A stretch of DNA of 49,558 nt, taken from the NCBI GenBank assembly GCA_903879775.1, contig CAIRMY010000065.1:1-49558 (forward strand), written 5' to 3'. Positions 45,738 to 49,558 of the stretch are shown here, in pieces (the stretch's first letter is position 1; each line of letters opens with the position of its first letter). This stretch comes from an uncultured Bacteroidota bacterium (GTDB lineage: Bacteria; Bacteroidota; Bacteroidia; NS11-12g; UBA955). A program made the position numbers and the translations under genes. Below the pieces are notes generated by a model, which had not been told where the DNA came from, searched no databases, and was given only the letters and a program-made list of their open reading frames with translations.

Positions 45738-46873
45738 TGAACAATTTAACTGAAAGAATTTACTTAGACAACGCAGCAACCACTCCAATGGATCCTGAAG
45801 TTGTTGACGCCATGGTTCCAATGATGCGCGAACATTTTGGAAACCCAAGTTCATCACATGGACATGGTAGAAAAGTAAAAAATGTAATTGAAGAATCTCG
45901 TGGCAAAGTTGCCTCTTTATTAAAATGCTCTCCAGGAGAAATCTTCTTTACTTCAGGTGGAACCGAAGCCGACAACCTTGCACTTAGAGGTTCGGTGGCT
46001 AGTTTAGGCGTTAAAACCATCATTTCTTCTCCAATTGAACATCATGCTGTGTTACATACAGCTGAAGACCTTCATAAAACTGCAAATATCAATTTACAAA
46101 TGGTCAATATCTTGCCGAATGGACATGTTGACACAACCCATTTGTATGAATTGCTCAATAAATATCCCAATGCAATTGTGAGTTTAATGCATGCCAATAA
46201 TGAAATTGGCAACATGCTCAACATTGAAGAAGTTGGAAACAACATTCATCAAGCAAATGCCCTTTTCCATTGTGACACAGTGCAAACCATGGGTCATTTT
46301 AATTTTGACTTAAGCAAAGGATATGTAGATTTCCTTTGTGGTGCAGGACATAAATTCAACGGTCCAAAAGGAATTGGATTTTTGTACATGAATAAGAAAA
46401 ACCGTGTGACTCCAGAAATTACTGGCGGTGCGCAAGAAAGAGAAATTCGCGGTGGAACTGAAAATGTATATGGAATTGTTGGTTTAGCGAAGGCACTTGA
46501 AATCAGTTATCGTGATTTAGAACACAAACATACCCATATCAGCAAACTCAAGTCTGAAATGATTCAGGCGTTAAAAGAGAATATTGCGGGTATTGAATTC
46601 AATGGCGACCCTGAAGGAAATAGCTTGTACACCGTATTGAGCGTTTCTTTTCCGAGTTCTGATGCCGGCAACATGTTATTGTTCAACTTAGACATTAACG
46701 GAATCTCTGCAAGTGGAGGAAGTGCTTGCTCTAGCGGTGCAACGGGTGGAAGCCATGTGATCAATTGTATTAAACCTGGAACTGACAGAACAACCATTCG
46801 ATTTAGCTTTGGAAAATACAATACAATCGAGGATATTAAAACAACCATAGAAAAACTGAAAACTTGGTATTAA
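45737..46873 (+). CDS. Cysteine desulfurase (class V aminotransferase, NifS/IscS-like)
   Basis: PLP-Lys region GAGHKFNGPKGIGFLY and active-site Cys loop SGGSACSSG. Confidence 0.9.
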   Translation: MNNLTERIYLDNAATTPMDPEVVDAMVPMMREHFGNPSSSHGHGRKVKNVIEESRGKVASLLKCSPGEIFFTSGGTEADNLALRGSVASLGVKTIISSPIEHHAVLHTAEDLHKTANINLQMVNILPNGHVDTTHLYELLNKYPNAIVSLMHANNEIGNMLNIEEVGNNIHQANALFHCDTVQTMGHFNFDLSKGYVDFLCGAGHKFNGPKGIGFLYMNKKNRVTPEITGGAQEREIRGGTENVYGIVGLAKALEISYRDLEHKHTHISKLKSEMIQALKENIAGIEFNGDPEGNSLYTVLSVSFPSSDAGNMLLFNLDINGISASGGSACSSGATGGSHVINCIKPGTDRTTIRFSFGKYNTIEDIKTTIEKLKTWY

Positions 46874-46888
46874 GCCAAATTTTAGATT

Positions 46889-46896
46889 TAATTTTG
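46889..46896 (+). promoter_or_regulatory. Bacteroidota -7 box upstream of the queD-family gene
   Basis: TAATTTTG, 8 nt from ATG 46905. Confidence 0.5.
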
Positions 46897-46904
46897 TACC
46901 CGAA

Positions 46905-47321
46905 ATGCCCCTACTCTACATTACTCGCAAAGAACATTTTAACGCTGCTCACCAGCTTTGGAATTTAAATTGGTCTGATGATAAGAACTTTGAAGTGTTT
47001 GGCAAATGCGCCAATCCTCATTTCCATGGTCACAATTTCGATCTCTACGTTTGTGTAAAAGGGCAACCAAATCCAGATACCGGTTGTGTGATGGATTTGA
47101 AGAAACTAAAAGTCATCATTCGTGAGGAAGTCATATACCATTTAGACCATCAAAATTTAAATTTAGATGTTCCTTGGTTGGAGGGAAAAATGCCTTCGAT
47201 AGAAAATATTTCAGTTGCCGTTTGGCATAGAATTGCTGCAAAGCTTCCGGAAGGTGTTCATTTGCACAAAATTACACTTTGGGAAACCCAAAATAATTTT
47301 GTTGAGTATTTCGGCGAGTAA
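46905..47321 (+). CDS. queD: 6-pyruvoyl-tetrahydropterin / 6-carboxytetrahydropterin synthase family protein
   Basis: HFNAAHQLWN...FGKCANPHFHGHNFDL gives zinc-binding histidines plus a Cys further on (DTGCVMD). 138 aa. Confidence 0.8.
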   Translation: MPLLYITRKEHFNAAHQLWNLNWSDDKNFEVFGKCANPHFHGHNFDLYVCVKGQPNPDTGCVMDLKKLKVIIREEVIYHLDHQNLNLDVPWLEGKMPSIENISVAVWHRIAAKLPEGVHLHKITLWETQNNFVEYFGE

Positions 47322-47333
47322 TCTAAAATTACA

Positions 47334-49175
47334 TTACCACAAAACCCTGTACACTGGGTAACGCTTGTGCGATTTTTCGTAATACTCAGAATGCTTGTAA
47401 ATATAATCTAACTGAGCACCAGCATCTTTTGCAAAATCGGGATCTTGTTGTTGTTTCATCAACAATGATGCTTTTAAGTTATGATTCTTAGATAAAATTT
47501 CAACCGCTTTATCTTCAAAGACATAAGCACTATAGCCCTCTTTTTGTTGCAATATGCCATCAAAAAAGTTCCAACAGAAATAACTATCTGGCGATTTAGG
47601 TTCTAACGTTGCCGACAAAAAATCGCTGTTCTCAGGTGTTACAAAAATCAGCATATCTCCAGCATAAACTTTTATCTTCATCATTGTATCCCTCATTTTC
47701 ACTTGAGAATGCAAATAATGTCCCTCATAAGGATCTTTAACGGTTTTATAGTCCAATATATAACTTACATTGCAAAGCATGCTCGTATCGGCTTTAGACG
47801 CTTTCATTTCAATTCCGTTTAACTTCAATCGATCTATCACTTCCTTGTAAGCAAATGGCACAACATAAGCTTTAGGCATCTTAACCGAATCGGTGGCAAC
47901 ATAATGATTGTAATATTTAAGGCGAATGGTTTTGGGTTTATTGCGATCGTAATACAATCTTGGCAAACCTGATACACCACTTGGCTTATATCCAAATTCG
48001 TAACCCAGAAAATCCATCCATTCATAACTGCCAAGGTCTAACTTAAAATGATTGTATTTTGCAACATTCAAATTAGAATTTAAACGAAAACGCAGTTGAT
48101 CACTTTTCTTTTGCGCCATAATTTTATCGCTTGCAACACAATTTAAGAAGTTTTCTAAAAAATCTCTGGTTGCATCAACCCTCGTATGGAAAGGCTTCAA
48201 CATATGTGTTTCAACAGTAAATCCTATCGTATGTTTCAGCGAAGCCCAACCAGTTGCATATCGTGGAGATTCGTAAAATCCAACCAATCCGCTATCTGGA
48301 ACCTCTTGCATGGTATTCACATAAGGCGAAGTTGGCCAACCTGCATTTAACAACGAACTTTTCAGTAATGTATCTACCATCAACGTCGTTTTTACCAAAT
48401 ACGAAGGCAATTTCTCAATTCTTGTATGAAAATACGTCAACGTGTATTGATAATCAGCACCATTAGATGTGTGATTGTCGACAAAGTAATCGAATTTTTC
48501 TTTGGCCATAAATGAAACCAAAGTTTGGGTATTCCTGCTATCGAGTTTTACAAAATCACGATTCAAATCTAAATTTTTCGCATTCCCCCTGAATCCATAT
48601 TCATCTGGTCCGTCTTGATTTGCACGGGAGGTTGAACTTCGATTTAAAGTTCCATCTACATTGAATTGTAAAATGATGAAAACATCTAAATGCTCGAACA
48701 TTCTTCGGAATCGATTTCCGTTGACAAGCATATCTTTCACCAACAACATACAAGCATCAGTACCTTCTGGTTCCCCAGGGTGTATGTTGTTATTTATTAA
48801 AACTTTAAAGTTGTTTTTATTGAATTTATTTTTAGCTTCTCCAACCGTTGCTTGACCTTTTTTTTGAGTTTCAACCAATGGCCTCCCCCCTATTTTGAAA
48901 CAATACATAGGTAAACCAATATCGGTGGTTCCAATTTCAAACAAAGATGTTCTCTGAGGAAAAGCCTTTTGAATTTTTTGATACCATTCAAACGTTTCTG
49001 CATATGTAGCAGTTTTGGTATAATTTCCCTTTTCGTAAGGCGTCAGAAAAATATCTTCGGAAGTCTTTGCTTCAGAGAAAGCTTTCTGTTTTTGAGGGAC
49101 ATTTGACTTTGCGCTCTGTGAGTGTCCCTCCGAAAAAGAAGAGACCAATAAAATAATTAGAAAGGCAAATCTCAT
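47334..49175 (-). CDS. Secreted M14-family zinc carboxypeptidase
   Basis: Signal peptide ...SEGHS-Q. Zinc motif HxxE in NNIHPGEPEG. 613 aa. Confidence 0.75.
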   Translation of the reverse strand: MRFAFLIILLVSSFSEGHSQSAKSNVPQKQKAFSEAKTSEDIFLTPYEKGNYTKTATYAETFEWYQKIQKAFPQRTSLFEIGTTDIGLPMYCFKIGGRPLVETQKKGQATVGEAKNKFNKNNFKVLINNNIHPGEPEGTDACMLLVKDMLVNGNRFRRMFEHLDVFIILQFNVDGTLNRSSTSRANQDGPDEYGFRGNAKNLDLNRDFVKLDSRNTQTLVSFMAKEKFDYFVDNHTSNGADYQYTLTYFHTRIEKLPSYLVKTTLMVDTLLKSSLLNAGWPTSPYVNTMQEVPDSGLVGFYESPRYATGWASLKHTIGFTVETHMLKPFHTRVDATRDFLENFLNCVASDKIMAQKKSDQLRFRLNSNLNVAKYNHFKLDLGSYEWMDFLGYEFGYKPSGVSGLPRLYYDRNKPKTIRLKYYNHYVATDSVKMPKAYVVPFAYKEVIDRLKLNGIEMKASKADTSMLCNVSYILDYKTVKDPYEGHYLHSQVKMRDTMMKIKVYAGDMLIFVTPENSDFLSATLEPKSPDSYFCWNFFDGILQQKEGYSAYVFEDKAVEILSKNHNLKASLLMKQQQDPDFAKDAGAQLDYIYKHSEYYEKSHKRYPVYRVLW

Positions 49176-49558
49176 CGAATTCTATCCATGCTTTGGACCA
49201 ATTTTTCATCGGAACGAATGCCAACTAAAGCCAAAATTGCAAACACAACCATCAATACCGGCCACAATATTTGAAAACCTAAAGTATTGATTGATATGAG
49301 TGATGTAAATTGTTTCTTTGTAAGATAAAAATCGACCAATAAAACAACCAAGAATGCAAAATTTAAAAGTAAAAGGGACTTAGAAATTTTCAATTGCAAT
49401 TTCCGATTTTTAAATAAGAAAATGGCATAAATAGCTCCAATTGCAATTACAACCATTAAAATTAAATTTAAAAATTTATAACTAAAAATAGGACATTCTA
49501 AATTTACATAAAATGATACCTGATTCCAAAATTGCATCAAAACTGAAGTTGGATCTAA
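49172..49558 (-). CDS. DUF4293-like small membrane protein (probably truncated at the right window edge)
   Basis: Hydrophobic helices and the FKNRKLQ motif I associate with DUF4293. The frame stays open upstream of the track start (TTG 49540) to the window end. The TGA stop overlaps the M14 ATG (ATGA). Confidence 0.45.
   Translation of the reverse strand, partial: LDPTSVLMQFWNQVSFYVNLECPIFSYKFLNLILMVVIAIGAIYAIFLFKNRKLQLKISKSLLLLNFAFLVVLLVDFYLTKKQFTSLISINTLGFQILWPVLMVVFAILALVGIRSDEKLVQSMDRIR

Overview
Low-GC, densely packed chromosomal segment that looks like Bacteroidota, probably Flavobacteriales. Supporting signs: a GroEL/EF-P/GreA sequence style, TAnnTTTG -7 promoter boxes, no Shine-Dalgarno sequences, T9SS-type proteins, a bacillithiol gene, and signal peptides ending in A/S-Q. 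I call 44 CDS, two of them truncated by the window edges. One of those, an anti-sigma-like ORF at 1-570, is missing from the supplied ORF track. I see no rRNA, tRNA, CRISPR array, transposase, integrase or obvious prophage or defence genes. Most genes are housekeeping: holB, lgt, greA, accC, ald, waaA, groES/groL, ruvX, def, purE, pssA, yicC, bshB1, mtgA, efp, speB-like, a cysteine desulfurase and a QueD/PTPS-family gene. Many secreted peptidases are interspersed (S41, M49-like, C1, M28/glutaminyl cyclase, M14). Two modules are not explained by textbook functions and are my best candidates for something undescribed. (1) 34680-38355 holds two tandem secreted paralogues. Each fuses a ChaN/Tiki/erythromycin-esterase-like domain to a C-terminal outer-membrane beta-barrel-like domain; one copy keeps the GExH / RExxM / GxxH motif set and the other has lost part of it. 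(2) 4064-12881 is a tight three-gene outer-membrane operon. It encodes an oversized TonB-dependent-receptor-like protein, a 1306-aa secreted protein with a T9SS-CTD-like tail, and a PorV/PorQ/FadL-like barrel, and it ends in a very strong terminator. Smaller observations include a translationally coupled glutaminyl cyclase-BshB1-vWA trio, a 5 x 9-bp tandem repeat between the groEL terminator and the ruvX promoter, and -7 boxes placed 4-5 nt from start codons (possible leaderless mRNAs). There are also several context-orphan genes (biotin carboxylase, CcmB-like, LpxH-like + glycosyltransferase). All functional calls come from reading motifs by eye; no database search was possible.
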